A stretch of 64,000 nucleotides of DNA from Eledone cirrhosa (lineage: Eukaryota). The translations under genes were made by a program, and so were the position numbers. Location of the stretch: NCBI GenBank assembly GCA_964016885.1, contig OZ024763.1, positions 3,162,001-3,226,000 on the forward strand, written 5' to 3'. Positions 38,433-51,695 of the stretch are shown in pieces (position 1 is the stretch's first letter; each line of letters begins with the position of its first letter). Below the pieces are notes generated by a model that saw nothing but the letters and a program-made list of their open reading frames with translations, had not been told where the DNA came from and did no database searches.

Positions 38433-39249
38433 ATGTATTGTTCCTAACTGCTGCTGCAGTTGTTTTTTAAAAATTAAAATTTTATTTCGTTTTTCTTTTC
38501 TTTTCATTTTTTTCTTTGTTATCGAAGTCTCTAGAAAATAAATTAAAATTAATATTATTAAAATTAATTAATTAATCAATAATTTATATAACGGAGACTT
38601 TGGTAACAACACATTTTTGTTGTTTGTTTGTTTATTTTTTCATTTGTTTTTTATATTTTGTTTATATTTTTGCCCCTAATTCTCAATATTTCTGCTGTTA
38701 TGTAAAACAAAAGACAAAAAATTTACCAAAATCCTGTTATAGAAGAAACTAGATTTTCTCTATTTATTTTAATGTTGTCAATAATTATAATAATTTTTTA
38801 TCTGTTTCGAAATCTCTATTTAAAAAAAAGAAAAAAAAGGAAAAAAAGATCTTCACAATGGGTTGTTTTTTTGTTTATTTCTTTGGGTTTTTTTTTCGTT
38901 TATTTTTTAAAATTTGTTTTAAATTTGTTTTTGTTCCTCTTCCTCCTCTACTTCCTCTTCTTATTCTTTCTCTTCTTTCTTTCAAAGAATCCCTTATTTC
39001 AATTCTACTGAAAGCGTTAAATTCTCTTCCTCTTTCTTTTCTGTGCCCCCCCCCCCTCTCTCTCTATATATATATATATATATGTATATGTATGTATTTG
39101 TGTGTGTATATGTGTATGTATGTACATGTATGTATATATATGTAAGTATAACATATACATATATGTTGATGGAGTCTATTTTGTCAAACATAACACATCT
39201 TAAATCTACCAAAGAAATTTTGCTTTCTAATCTCTCCTCTATCTCTCTC

Positions 39250-39369
<120 letters not shown>

Positions 39370-39535
39370 ATCTTTGCTTTTCCATTAATATCCATGTGAT
39401 ATCTAATGTTTTGCAAAGAGCTACTCGAATAGGTAAATATTTATATTATATTTTTTAATTTTGATTAATTTTAATTGTAAATTAATTTTGATTTATTTTG
39501 AAAAATTGGTTGAATTTTACTTGTTCTGCTTGTCT

Positions 39536-39600
<65 letters not shown>

Positions 39601-39760
39601 TATATATTAATTAAAGGTTAATTAGTCAATAATACCCAAACATCTCAATCAAAGAAATTTCTCAGAGAAGTAATATTTTATATTAAAATTAAATGAGTAA
39701 AACTCTAGTTACGGAAATATAAACAAGACAGATGGAACTTATATTATATAGATCTCCCTA

Positions 39761-39802
<42 letters not shown>

Positions 39803-42800
39803 CAGGGACCCCTGAAGGTCCTTGTCACAAGATTCCAAGCAATTTTAACACCATCCTCGTCTGTTTTAACTGAAATCACAAAGCTATTTCATTTTATTTC
39901 ATTACAAACTTTTAATCAAGATTTTCATCCAAGCTCTGCCTTTCTCTCACATTTACATTGCACATCCAATGAAACAAGGTTGCTTCATTTCTCTCCAGTC
40001 TACACATGTCTTCTGCTGTTACAGCCCATGTTTCACCACCATGCAGCATCACACCTCACACACAGGCATCATACGGTCGTCCTCTTCTCCAACATTATAA
40101 TATACTCAGCACTACCGTACTATTGTTTTAACATCAAATATCAGAGGCCAGCATAAAGAGGTATATTTTCCCCAAAAAAATGATAGCAATACAATCTTCC
40201 ATAACCATTGACTCCTCCTAAAGTTAGTATTTTAATTCAGTAAAATAGTTTTTATCATCATCATGATTGTCGTTGTTTTAACACCCACTTTCCCTGCTAG
40301 CAAGGGTTGAGAGGTCTACATAGACCAAGTCAGTACTGAAGTGATGGCTACTGATTTCCCTGATACTAACTAATTGGCATACAGTGTATTTCATTAGAAA
40401 TGCTGTCATGAAAGGGTTAAGATTAGTTTCAGCTAATGAACTAATTAAATTTACTGGTAGTTTAAGTTTTAATTAGGTAAGGTAAACAAGAGCAGTAAGT
40501 CTTTAATAGTTCAAGCTCATTTATTCTATTGCTATCTCGTTAGTTAACCTTCGTTATAATTCGTTAATCATCTAATATTAAACTCTAAAGATATTTGCAA
40601 TAAATTTCAAATATTCAAATGTTTAAAATCATAAACTAATACAAAAGTGTGGAAAATTGACATAAAGCAGTGATGATATATATTTAATATCGAATATAAA
40701 GTTGTATATTTACTGTGTTATATATTTGATATCAAATATAAAGTTATGGCGTAGTGTGGTCTAGTGGTAAGGGTGTTGGACTTACGATCATAATGTTGTG
40801 GGTTTGATTCCTGGACTGTGTTGTGTTCTTGAGACAAAACAGTTCATTTCATGTTGTTCTAGTATACTCAACTGAATAGCTGGGGGTTTAACACTGCAGT
40901 GGACTGACATCCTGTGTTGCTTCACACCACCAAACCGGAATAAGCACCGACCCGACGAACCTCCTAACTTACAGACAGACTTTCGACTTACAGTATATTT
41001 TATATAGAATACAAAGTTATGAGAGCACGAAACTCTTGTTCAAATTATGAACCTTTAATATTTGTTATAAAGGGACCATTATTTGGTACCTTTATAGTAT
41101 TATTAGGGTAGTGGATTGGCGGTATCGGTAGAGGGTCGGTTGCCATGCTTTCCAACATAATGTTACGTCCCTTTGTGGTCTGAGTTCAAATCCCCCCCGA
41201 GGTTAACTTTGCCTTTCATCCTTATGGGGTCAATAAAATAAAGTACCAGTCATGCACTGGGGTAATTGCTGGCCTTGTGCCAAAAGTAGAAATAATTGTT
41301 AATATTAAAGTTGCGACTGCAGAATCATTAAAACCTCACCATTTCGGTTCACTGCTGTCGATATTTCAAATCCCATCAAGGCCAACTTTCCTTTTTGTTT
41401 TGTTTTTTCTGGGTTGATAAAATATCACAATCAATAAATTTAACCCTTTAGCATTTACATTACTCTATATATTACTATAATATTTTCATGGGAAAATCTT
41501 TACCTCACATAATATCGAAACTATGAGATTTTGATATTATTTATTTTAAGAACAATACCTTAACATTAGTATGAGTGGCTAGTTACAGCCAGTTTGAACA
41601 GAAAGAGTTGAGAGAATTCTGGCTAAAGGCTTGAAGTCTTTTTTTTTTCCTCGTATAATATGAAAGCAGACTTTCTCAAATAGATATATAAATATTTTTC
41701 ACAATAAATAAATTTAAAGTCTTTTTTTTTTATTTTATTTTATTTTATTTTATTATTTTGGTTTTCTTTATTTCACCCTTTGAAGATCCAACATTCTACT
41801 GTTGAGTGAAGTGAAATTTTTTGTTAATTTCAGCTGTCTACCTCTTTCTGATCAGTTCACGTCAACCTTGTCATTAGTGCCACCAAAGGGAAAACATTTT
41901 TTTTTTTTTTCCTTCTCCAATTTTTTTTTTTTATTATTTTAAAAAAAAAAAAATTTCTTGTAGGAGAATATTAATTTTTCCCCCACACCCTACAATTTTT
42001 TTTCTTCTACTACTACAATTTTTTTTTGCGACATTTTCACAGCATATATTTGAATTTTGATGTGTACTTTGTTGTAATTTAAATGAAAATCTACTGTAAA
42101 ATTATGAGAGATAAATCCTTACTTTTTATTGTTAGATGAACGTGCAGGGAAATTCTTCAACATCATTCTTGAAAAAAAAAAATGAAATGTAAAAAAAAAA
42201 AAACCCCAAAACAAGCAACCCCCCCCCCCCCCCCCCCCCCAGAAATTATTGCTTCCTGTTGAAATTTCTTGATAATGAAAAAAAATTTTTTTCTGATTTC
42301 ATTAACCCTTTAGCATTTACATTACTCTATATATACTATTATATTTTCATGGTAAAGGATTTACCTCACATAATATCGAATCTATGAGATTTTGATAATT
42401 ATTTTGAGAACAATACCTTAACATCAGTATAAGTGGCCAGTTATGGCTATTTTGAACAGAATGAGATGACAGAATTCTGGCCGGATTCGGCTGGGTTTAA
42501 ACGCTAAAGGGTTAATTGGTAAATATTGATTAGTTTGATGTAATAGCCATAAATTTCGGTGTGTTGGAGCAGAAGATTTATTTAGATACCAAGAAATTGC
42601 CCTGCTTTCTGTCTAATCAGTGTAATATGTACAGCTGTAATAAATGTTATATTTTGTTGAAATGTCTAATTCTAGAACAATCAAGACTGCATATATGCTT
42701 TACATTGAAATAATAAAATGAAATAAAATGAAATGAAACCGTAAAAAGTAAGGGAATGATTTGAACCTGGGACTTTTAAAACAAACAGTTCATCAGTTAA

Positions 42801-42934
42801 CCACTTTGTTATTGATGCTCGTAGAATTGTAAATCTATACTTTGATTGATTGATTGAATATATTTCAGATTATTGATTAACTCTCTTTTAGATTGACAGT
42901 TTAAAATTCACCTTTACCTGTAGAGTTGCATGTG

Positions 42935-43600
42935 TGGCCGTGGCCTAGTGGTAAGGGTGTTGGACTTACAATCATGATGTCGTGGGTTTGATTCCTGGGC
43001 TGGGTTGTGTGTTGTGTGACTGTGTGGCCTAGTGGTAAGGGTGTTGGACTTACAATCATGATGTCGTGAGTTTGATTCCTGGGCTGGGTTGTGTGTTGTG
43101 TGACTGTGCGGCCTAGTGGTAAGGGTGTTGGACTTACAATCATGATGTCGTGGGTTTGATTCCTGGATTGGGTTGTGTGCTGCGTTCTTGAGACAAAACA
43201 CTTCATTTCACGTTGCTCCAGTATACTCAGCTGAAAATGAGTACCAGTAATAGCTGGTGGTTTAACCTTGAGATGGACTGGTGTCCTGTCTAGGGGAAGT
43301 CTTGTACTCTGTTGCTTCACACCATGAAATCGGGATAAACACCGGCCTGATGTGTTCCTGGATCGAGACAGACTTTAGCCTTGCAATGGACATGAGTCCT
43401 TTCTAGGGGAAGTCTTGTACTCTCAGTCATTTCACACCATGAAATCAGGGTAAACACAGGCCTGACAAGCCTTGTGGCTTAAGACTCACTTTCGCCTTGT
43501 GATGGACTGGTGTCCTATCCAGTGGGGAGGCTTGTACTCTCAGTCGCTTCACAACACAAAACCGGGATAAGCCTCCTGGCCTGAGATAGACTTTAGACAT
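42935..43600 (+). mobile_element. tRNA-derived SINE family B with triplicated head (others at about 4830-4968 (-), 10220-10655, 21580-21965 (-), 33990-34105, 40747-40990, 47787-47898 (-))
   Basis: A box TGGCCTAGTGG, B box GGTTTGATTCC, then GTTCTTGAGxxAxxACACTTCATTTCACGTTGCTCCAG...ACTCAGCTG. Confidence 0.8.
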
Positions 43601-45557
43601 TTAACTTTACCTTAGTGTGTGTGTATAGAAATTAGGATGAACAACTGTTTCTATATTTTGCTAAACCTATCTGGACATTGTACAGAATATAATTGAGTTT
43701 CCAATCCTCAACTCTAGATTTCCACATATTCACAGACCACAACTGACCACAACCAAAATGTTACTTGACTGAAACACTTCTCCTGGTTATACAATATTTC
43801 TTCTAACAGACAGGTTTTTCTCCAATACGTAACAAACCCTAACTCCTAACCACAATAAATATCTCATCATCAAAAATCTACAAGATGAAGCCTCACAGGC
43901 TCAATCAGTTTTTAAAAATGTCATCTTTATTCTTAACACACTAACCTTTTTAGAAACATTTTTACTATTGTATACGTGTAAATGTAATTTGAGGGAAAAA
44001 CCATTCCAATAGAAACTATATTTTACTTGTGAAAAATATTTCAAGATTGCTTGGTGGTGGGAACAGGTTAATTGATATTACCTGGGGTGTAAAGAAGAGA
44101 ATATATACTTTAAATTTTATTGTTTCATTTGAAAAAAAAAAAAAATGTTTTTAAATCTGTTCACCCCCCCCCCCCCCCCCCCCAGTATTTTTTTCATTTT
44201 TTTTTCCGTTATATTTTATTTTATTTTGCTCTCTCTCTCTCTAATTCCTTGTGACATTTCTGTAAAGCACTAAAGGTTTTCTATAAATGAGATGTACCTC
44301 AGATTGCCAAAAAGCAATGGAAAGCTTGATTTTTTTTTTTTTTCTTTCTTTAAATATACTTTCTGCTTCCTCCCTTTCTCTCTCTCTCTCTCTCTCTCCC
44401 TCTCTCTCTCTTTGTTTGTGTGTGTATGTGTGTCACTGATATGATTTTGTTGACAGTAAACTTGTGGCCAGTTTAACTGATTTCATTAGCTCCGCTCCTT
44501 CCCTCCTTACTCCCGGGGGGGGGGGGGGTCGGTCGGTGACAGTTGGGGGCAGGAGAACAGAAACCTTTTTTGAGTTGCTTCAACTTAGAGCAATGTCGAA
44601 GCTTCAGTGGATCACAGCATGCAGAGTTTGGCTGGGAAAGTATCTTAAAACAATAATTCTTCAACTATTTACAATATTACTGCTGTTCATTTGAAGGCAT
44701 GTCTGTTTTTAGGTTCTGTAATCACTTGATCAATTTGTCCATCTGTTTCAGCTATTGCAATCTCATATATTATTATTATTATTATCAATATTAATAATTA
44801 ATAATAATATTACTATTATCATTATTATTATTATTCTATGCTGTCCTTATATATCTGAATCAGAAATCATGAAAATAATGACTACCTTGGGAATGGTTAT
44901 TGTTAAAGAAACTTCTATAAATATAATTAGAATATATTTTTAAAATCTTTTCAGTTATTTCCTAAAATAATATTACAAAAAAAAACCAATACCCCATCAA
45001 TCAACATGACAATCAACTGTGACATTTTTCCACAGTTAATAAAATTGCTAAACTTAAAAAAAAAAAAAAACCAAAACCATTTCACAGTTTTAAACTAGAG
45101 GGAGAGCGGGTCATTGTCATCGCTCTAGTTGGAACCCATTCCATATGTGTGTCATTGTCTTTTGTGGCCTTTACTGGCAGGGAAGTTTTTACTTTTTATT
45201 TTTATTTCTATTTCTCAAATTCTCAACAAGAAAAAAACGGGTGGTTAAAAAAACAGTGTTCAATGTCTGAAATTTTGAATTTTGAATTTTGAAATTTATT
45301 TTATTTTTCCTCCTTCGCCTCTCCATTAAAAGATTAATTTTGAAAAAAAAAAAATATATATATACAATAACTGCTCTCTTTCTACCATTCCATACTCTGA
45401 AAAAGACCGATTCCACCACATTGCTTCCATTTAAATTTAAAAAAAATAATAATAAAACAAATATCCATTCCTCCATCATTTTTTTTTTCAAATTGCATTA
45501 CAAAATATATTTCTCATGTATCGATTCTTTACTAAACTGGTATTGATCTTCTATTAT

Positions 45558-45592
<35 letters not shown>

Positions 45593-45842
45593 CGTTTATG
45601 AGCAATGTTATATAAATTGGTATCTGTGTATATTTTTATATAATGCTTCTTAAAAAAAAACAACTCTGGATTTCAAAACTTTTTGTATAATAAGGCAGAA
45701 TTTCCTTTCTAACCCCCCCCCCCCCCCTCACAAAAAAAACACAAAAAGGAAAAAAAAACGAAGAATAAGAAGAATGATCTCATTTGTTATTAATTTTATT
45801 TGTTTTATTTCTTGTTCTAAAACTGGGAATATTTTTCTAAAT

Positions 45843-45874
<32 letters not shown>

Positions 45875-45957
45875 GTCCCCTTTTTAAATAATTAATAATT
45901 AATACATGATTGTTTTAATATTTTGAATCTTTTTTTTTTTTTTCGATATGTTAAGAA

Positions 45958-46383
45958 TTAACCCTTTAGCATTTACATTACTCTATATATAGTATTGTAT
46001 TTTCATGGTAAAGGCATTATCTCCCATAATATTGAATCTATGAAATTTTGATGTTATTTATATTGAGAACAATACCTTAACATCAGTATGAGTAGTTGGT
46101 TATGGCCGGTTTTTACAGAAAGAGGGGAGAGAATTCTGGCCAAATATGGCCAGTTTAAATGCTGAAGGGTTAACCCTTTAGCATTTACATTACTCTATAT
46201 TTACTATTGTATTTTCAAAGTAAAGGCTTTACCACACATAATATTGAATCTGAGATTTTGATAGCATATATTTTGAGAATAATACCTTAGCATCAGTATC
46301 AGTGGCTGGTTACAGCCAGTTTGAACAGAAAGAGGTGAGAGAATTCTGGCCGGATTCAGCCATTTTAAATGCTAAAGGGTTAA
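45958..46383 (+). mobile_element. Tandem pair of piggyBac-like MITEs of about 215 bp (others at 15273-15503 (-), 22515-22742, 32075-32566, 41440-41629, 42302-42515, 54116-54555 (-), 61567-61778)
   Basis: TTAA|CCCTTTAGCATTTA ... TAAATGCTAAAGGG|TTAA termini, i.e. a TTAA target and CCC/GGG ends, with a conserved interior. Confidence 0.85.
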
Positions 46384-47213
46384 ATATATTAAGAATTAAG
46401 ATCAGTTGAAACACTTCCCCCTAAGTGTATCAATTGACTGGTTTTCTGAAATTTGGTGGAGGAAATGGTATCCTTTCCCTCTCCCCCTTCCTACCATTTT
46501 TTTTTTTTAAAGATTTTTTTCTTTCTTCCATTTTACCAATGTTTAGCCTAAATGGAAGATTGAAACCTAGAGGAAATTCAGCATTCAGCAGAGAATTTTC
46601 TATTATTTCAATCAAGTTTTAAGTCCTTCGCATCAGTGTTTGTTTTTATTGAAATATTTTTTTCTATTCTGTGAAGTAAATAATTTGGTATTGTTGGTTT
46701 AAGTGAGCTGATGTTGTCTACTGAAAAACAAAAACAAAACAAAAAAAAAAAATACTGTTTCTACGACTCAGTCTATAGTATCGCAGCCAGCAGCAAAGGG
46801 AGGTCACTGCTGGTTCTCTATAGTATCGCGGCAAGGAGGTCACCACTGGTTGTCTATAGTTCCGGAGACAGGGGGAGGTAACTGCTGGTTGTGTTAGATT
46901 CTGTCAGTGTTCTTGTGGTGTAAATTAAATGATGTGTCGTCGTCAAAGTAATGTTTCTTAACCCATCTAAGTATATTGTAAATGTTGTGTGCCTGGGTGT
47001 TGGTCGGTCTGTCTGTCTCTCTACGGACAGGTGGACATATGTGTGTGTGAGTGTGTATATGGTCTATATTATGGATTGAACGTATATTTTGGAACTCTGC
47101 TGCCGACTTGTCGAGCAGAGTGACGTTATCAACATTGTGCTGCTGCTGCTGCTGCTGAAAAAAAGAAAAAAAAAACCACACAACAACAAACAACAACAAC
47201 AACCTTACCCACT

Positions 47214-47329
47214 TTAACCTTCTGGACGCTGTAGGCGACTTATGTCACCAATAGAATAATCTCTCTTTAATATAATTCATTGTCAAGGGAAGGAATTCAT
47301 TAAAAAAAGTTCAGCGTGCTGAAGGTTAA
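47214..47329. mobile_element. Small TTAA-flanked MITE
   Basis: TTAACCTTC..GACGCTG ... CAGCGTGCTGAAGGTTAA imperfect TIRs. Confidence 0.45.
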
Positions 47330-48519
47330 GCAGTATTTTAGTTTGATTACAAAGCTCAAGTGTGAGTAGCACTCAATACTATGTAGCATTATTTATACGG
47401 TAGGTCAACTGGACCAGAAACACAGAGAAACGGGATCATATATTACGGTCCACCATTATATTGAACTGCTGGAATAATGCCAAAGATAAAATATGTTGAA
47501 GATTAATTTCGTTGTTCTTGTTCTTCATGCTGTTGTTATTGTTTCATTTAAAAAAAAAAAATTTCTAATCACCTTTTTATTAATTATTTCTCTCTCTCTC
47601 TCTCAACCCTTTCATGATCGTATTTCTAATGAAATATAATCTCGGTCTGATCAATCAACAAAATCCCAGACCTCGTTCACTTATCGAGTGGTGTTGACCT
47701 CGTCAAATTGGACCTAGGAAACAATGTTTCCATCGGTCTTTCCATTGCTGATACTATCTACTGGTCACAACTCCTGGCAGAAGGAACAATGTGAAATAAA
47801 GTGTCTTGCTCAAGGACACAACACACCATCGGTCCAAGAATTGAACTCATAACCTCACAATTGTGAATCCAACTCTCTCACCGCTAAGCCACGCGCCTTC
47901 TAAATACACTCCATTTCAATTAATTAATGAAGAATTATTGTACTGGCTTTAAAAAAAAACTTAGCAGTTATATACTACACATATATATATATGATGATGA
48001 TGATCATCATCCTTGTTTAACATCCATTTTCCACGCTAACATGTGTTTGATGTGTTGTCCTATTCTGAGAGAAGTCAGGAGACCACAGCTTGCTCATACG
48101 GATCTGTATTTTGGCTTAGGAAGGGCATCCAGCTGTAGAAACTAACACCAACCACCTTACAGGGGGAACTGGGTGTTTTTGTTGCATCACCAGCACTACC
48201 ATCTTACAATATGGACTGGGTGCTTTTTATTGTGGTTCCAAAATGACCACCCTACTGTGTAAACTCAATGCTTTTTGTCATGTCACCAGCATAACCACCT
48301 TTAGGCGTGGACTGGGTGCATTTTGTCATGTCGCCAGCACCACCACCTTACAGTGTGGACTGGGTGCTTTTTGTTGTGTCACCAACATAACCACTTTACA
48401 GTGTGGACTATATATCATCTTAACCAACATCAGCAATATTATTACATCCAATTTCCGTGACTGGCATCGGTTGGACATGATGGTTTGATTCACTGTTTTA
48501 CAACCTGATACCAACCCTG

Positions 48520-48770
48520 TTAGTTGAGCTGAGAGAGAAACTGGACATAAGAGGGATCAGATGCAGAGTGGAGATTGTGATGATATCGACATGCGATGCG
48601 TATGAAGGATGACAGCTTCATATAGAAATGTAGAGCACTTGAAGTTAAAGGAACCTTTTGAAGGGGGAAGGCCTAGGAAAACCTGGGATGATGTGGTGAG
48701 GACCGACCTCATGCAGCTGAACCTCAGAGGAGATGACTCAGGTCTGAGAAAACTCGTGATATTCCGTAAG
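48520..48770 (+). mobile_element. Decayed fragment of the same RTE LINE ORF end
   Basis: ELREKLDIRGIRC...MRMKDDSFI*KCRALEVKGTF*RGRPRKTWDDVVRTDL, with stops and frameshifts. Confidence 0.8.
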
Positions 48771-49399
48771 TAGAATGAAGCAACATGAAGAGGATGGCAA
48801 ACCCCATATCTCTCTCCACCCTAAACCTGAAGAAACAGAAAGGTGGAACAATACTCAGGTCCCAGATCCTACCTACCCATATACTCCTTAATTCTCTGCC
48901 AGTTTACCCCTGATCCCCTTCTCATCCCTAAACCTGAAGAAACAGAGAAGTGGTATAATACACAGGTCCCACTTCCTATCTGCCAATATACTCCTGTCTT
49001 TTTTGTCAGACCCATGCTAGCATGGGAAGCTAGGACAAACCTGGATTGATTCCCCTTCTCCCCCACCAGTGATGGTCCCCTACATCCTAAAATGATAGAC
49101 ACCAGCTTGCCCCAACACCACCCTCATGATCTAGTGCCTCACCCCAGCTCCTCCAACACCACCCTCATGATCTAGTGTTCCACACCTCCCTCACTACAAG
49201 CAGCATATAAATTACCCCTTGTAGACTATTAAGGGATGCCAGGCACCTCCCCACACACAATATGTCAGACATTATCTACTGGCTTCAAGGCTGCCACCAT
49301 GACCCACACCCCTCATTCAGAAGTGTGATATCTGTACCCTAGCCCCCACCCCCACCAATGCCTCCCCAATAGTACAGCATCTACTCCCTTCTTCATCTT

Positions 49400-49630
49400 C
49401 TACACCCACTTATTCTTGAGAGGTTCGTCAAGGGCAGTGTTCTCAAACACTCCTTCCAGCAGGTCCTGTCAGAAGCAACTGATCCGACTGGATCCCCCCA
49501 TGTTAGACCAGCCAAGCTCATGGATGTTATCCAACCATCTTGCTCTGGGTCTCCTGCTGGTTAGTTTTGCCCGTAAAATCTGTCCAGCGATTCTTTCCTG
49601 AGACATTCTAACAACATGCTCATATCTACC
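49400..49630 (-). mobile_element. Decayed C-terminal fragment of another RTE-like LINE
   Basis: HVVRMSQERIAGQIL...RRPRARWLDNI resembles the GHVxRM...GRPxxRWxD pattern. Confidence 0.55.
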
Positions 49631-50434
49631 CCCAGCAGCAGAGGCCTCGTTTGTCTTAAAAATGTGAGGGGGGGGCAAACCAACATTTGTTGATTCTTAA
49701 AGGAGCATAAATTACTTATGGTGCCTTTCCCGGACCCTATCACGTAAGTAATATTTTACGCTAATTAAATTTGATATATTCAAATGAAGTTCAGATATAA
49801 AAAAATAAGCTTAAAAGAATTTATTTATCAAATAAACAAAAATCAAAATATAGACGTTTCAAAAAGTGGGAAGGACTTGTCCCCAGGTACCCCCCTGAAA
49901 CAAGGCCCTTGCCCAGCAGTACACTATCTGTACCCCCAACAAAATCTGTCTTAGCCGAAAGTCAAGATATTCTCTCAGATAAATTGTTAAGAATAGAATT
50001 GATAATGGATTTGGTGGGGTTGTAATTCTTTTATAGACATGAGTAAAATGGTAAACCTAGAATACCAGAATACCAGTTAGACATATTTTAGAATTGAGTG
50101 TTCAAACTGGTGAACCAATAATAACTAAATGTTACACACTAATAAACTATATATATATATATACTTGGGGAGGGTCATATTGTTGTAATATTGCCAGAAA
50201 TAATAACAGAACACACTCAGTTTGGCAATATTATTACAACAAGGCAGTGCCCCATCATGACCACATTCCAACGACTGTTCAATTAAACCAAGGCAGTGCC
50301 CCAGCATGGCCACAATCTAATGCCTGATCTCAATTTAATTTAATTGAATTAGATATTAATTACAAGACTTTCAATCCTAGCTGACAATATAGTTGAGTTA
50401 CCTCCTCTTTCATCTTCAGAGTCAAACGCTCAAC

Positions 50435-50641
50435 ATGGCCGGCCATTTGATACGCGAGGGTAAAGTGTCTCTCATATATTTCTTAATTGGAGCCGGAATT
50501 TGTTGTGTTCCTTCCATATCATGGAACAAATCAATGCAATATGTCTGGTTGGACTCCTGGAAATACCTTCTCGGGATTTACACCATTGTATTCCACACAA
50601 TCGTCAGTTTAGTCTACATATCCGATAATAAAATGTATCAG
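50435..50641 (+). CDS. ICMT: ICMT first coding exon
   Basis: AACATGG start context, hydrophobic helices, donor CAG|GTAAGT in phase 0. An acceptor at 50419 implies an upstream non-coding exon. Confidence 0.85.
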
Positions 50642-51070
50642 GTAAGTAGAAAACAGAGAAGACGAAATATTTCTCTCTTAATTTTATTAATTTTTCTCAC
50701 TTGAACTGAAAACAGACAGACACGTGTATATATCTATATATACATCGATGTGTGTGTATATATATATTTACATACATATACATCGCTTTTCAAATTATCA
50801 CAGACACATGCGCGCGTATATATATATATATATACACGTATATACATACACAAACATATATATGTATGTGTATATATATATCTACACATACATATATATA
50901 TGAGTCCCAGGTTCAATCTGAAGTAACCACAGTTAGTAAAGTACTCAATACATTAGTACTGCAGTGAAATATACACACAATAGTTTGTATGATGATCTAT
51001 CTATCAATCTACTTCTCTTTCTCTCTCTGTCTCTCTCTCTGTCTCTCTCGGTCTCTCTCACTCTCTCTCA

Positions 51071-51109
<39 letters not shown>

Positions 51110-51295
51110 ATTAAATATTTCTTATATATTATTGTTGTTGTTACAAATAGAAATTTAAGGAAATCTCAACATTTTAATATCTTGAGTTCCAATGTTCATT
51201 TCATCTGCCCCACCCCCTCGGTATTGTTACAACAAAACATTTAATGTTCGATCTATTATCTGCAGTATGTGTGTGTATATATACACACACACATA

Positions 51296-51327
<32 letters not shown>

Positions 51328-51653
51328 CACATACATACATATATACACACGCTATTTTAAACACATTGTTAGTTATTTTATACACACGTAATATACATAA
51401 GTGATGTGTGTCTATATATATATATACATACTACATTGCACCCAAGTGATGTATATAGATAGGTATATAAACTATTCTATACACATGTAATTTACATACA
51501 GGGTGTCTAAAACAAAAATGAACACACACTTTTATTATAATGCTGTTGAAGTATGTATACATTTTTGGAGGACACCCTGTATATATTGCACAGCGACGTA
51601 TATAGATATATATACTAATCTACACATGTAATATATATACTAATTTACACATG

Positions 51654-51695
<42 letters not shown>

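Noticed and set aside
40747-40820. tRNA-like sequences here and at other SINE heads
   Set aside because: A and B boxes continue directly into SINE bodies and do not close a proper cloverleaf.
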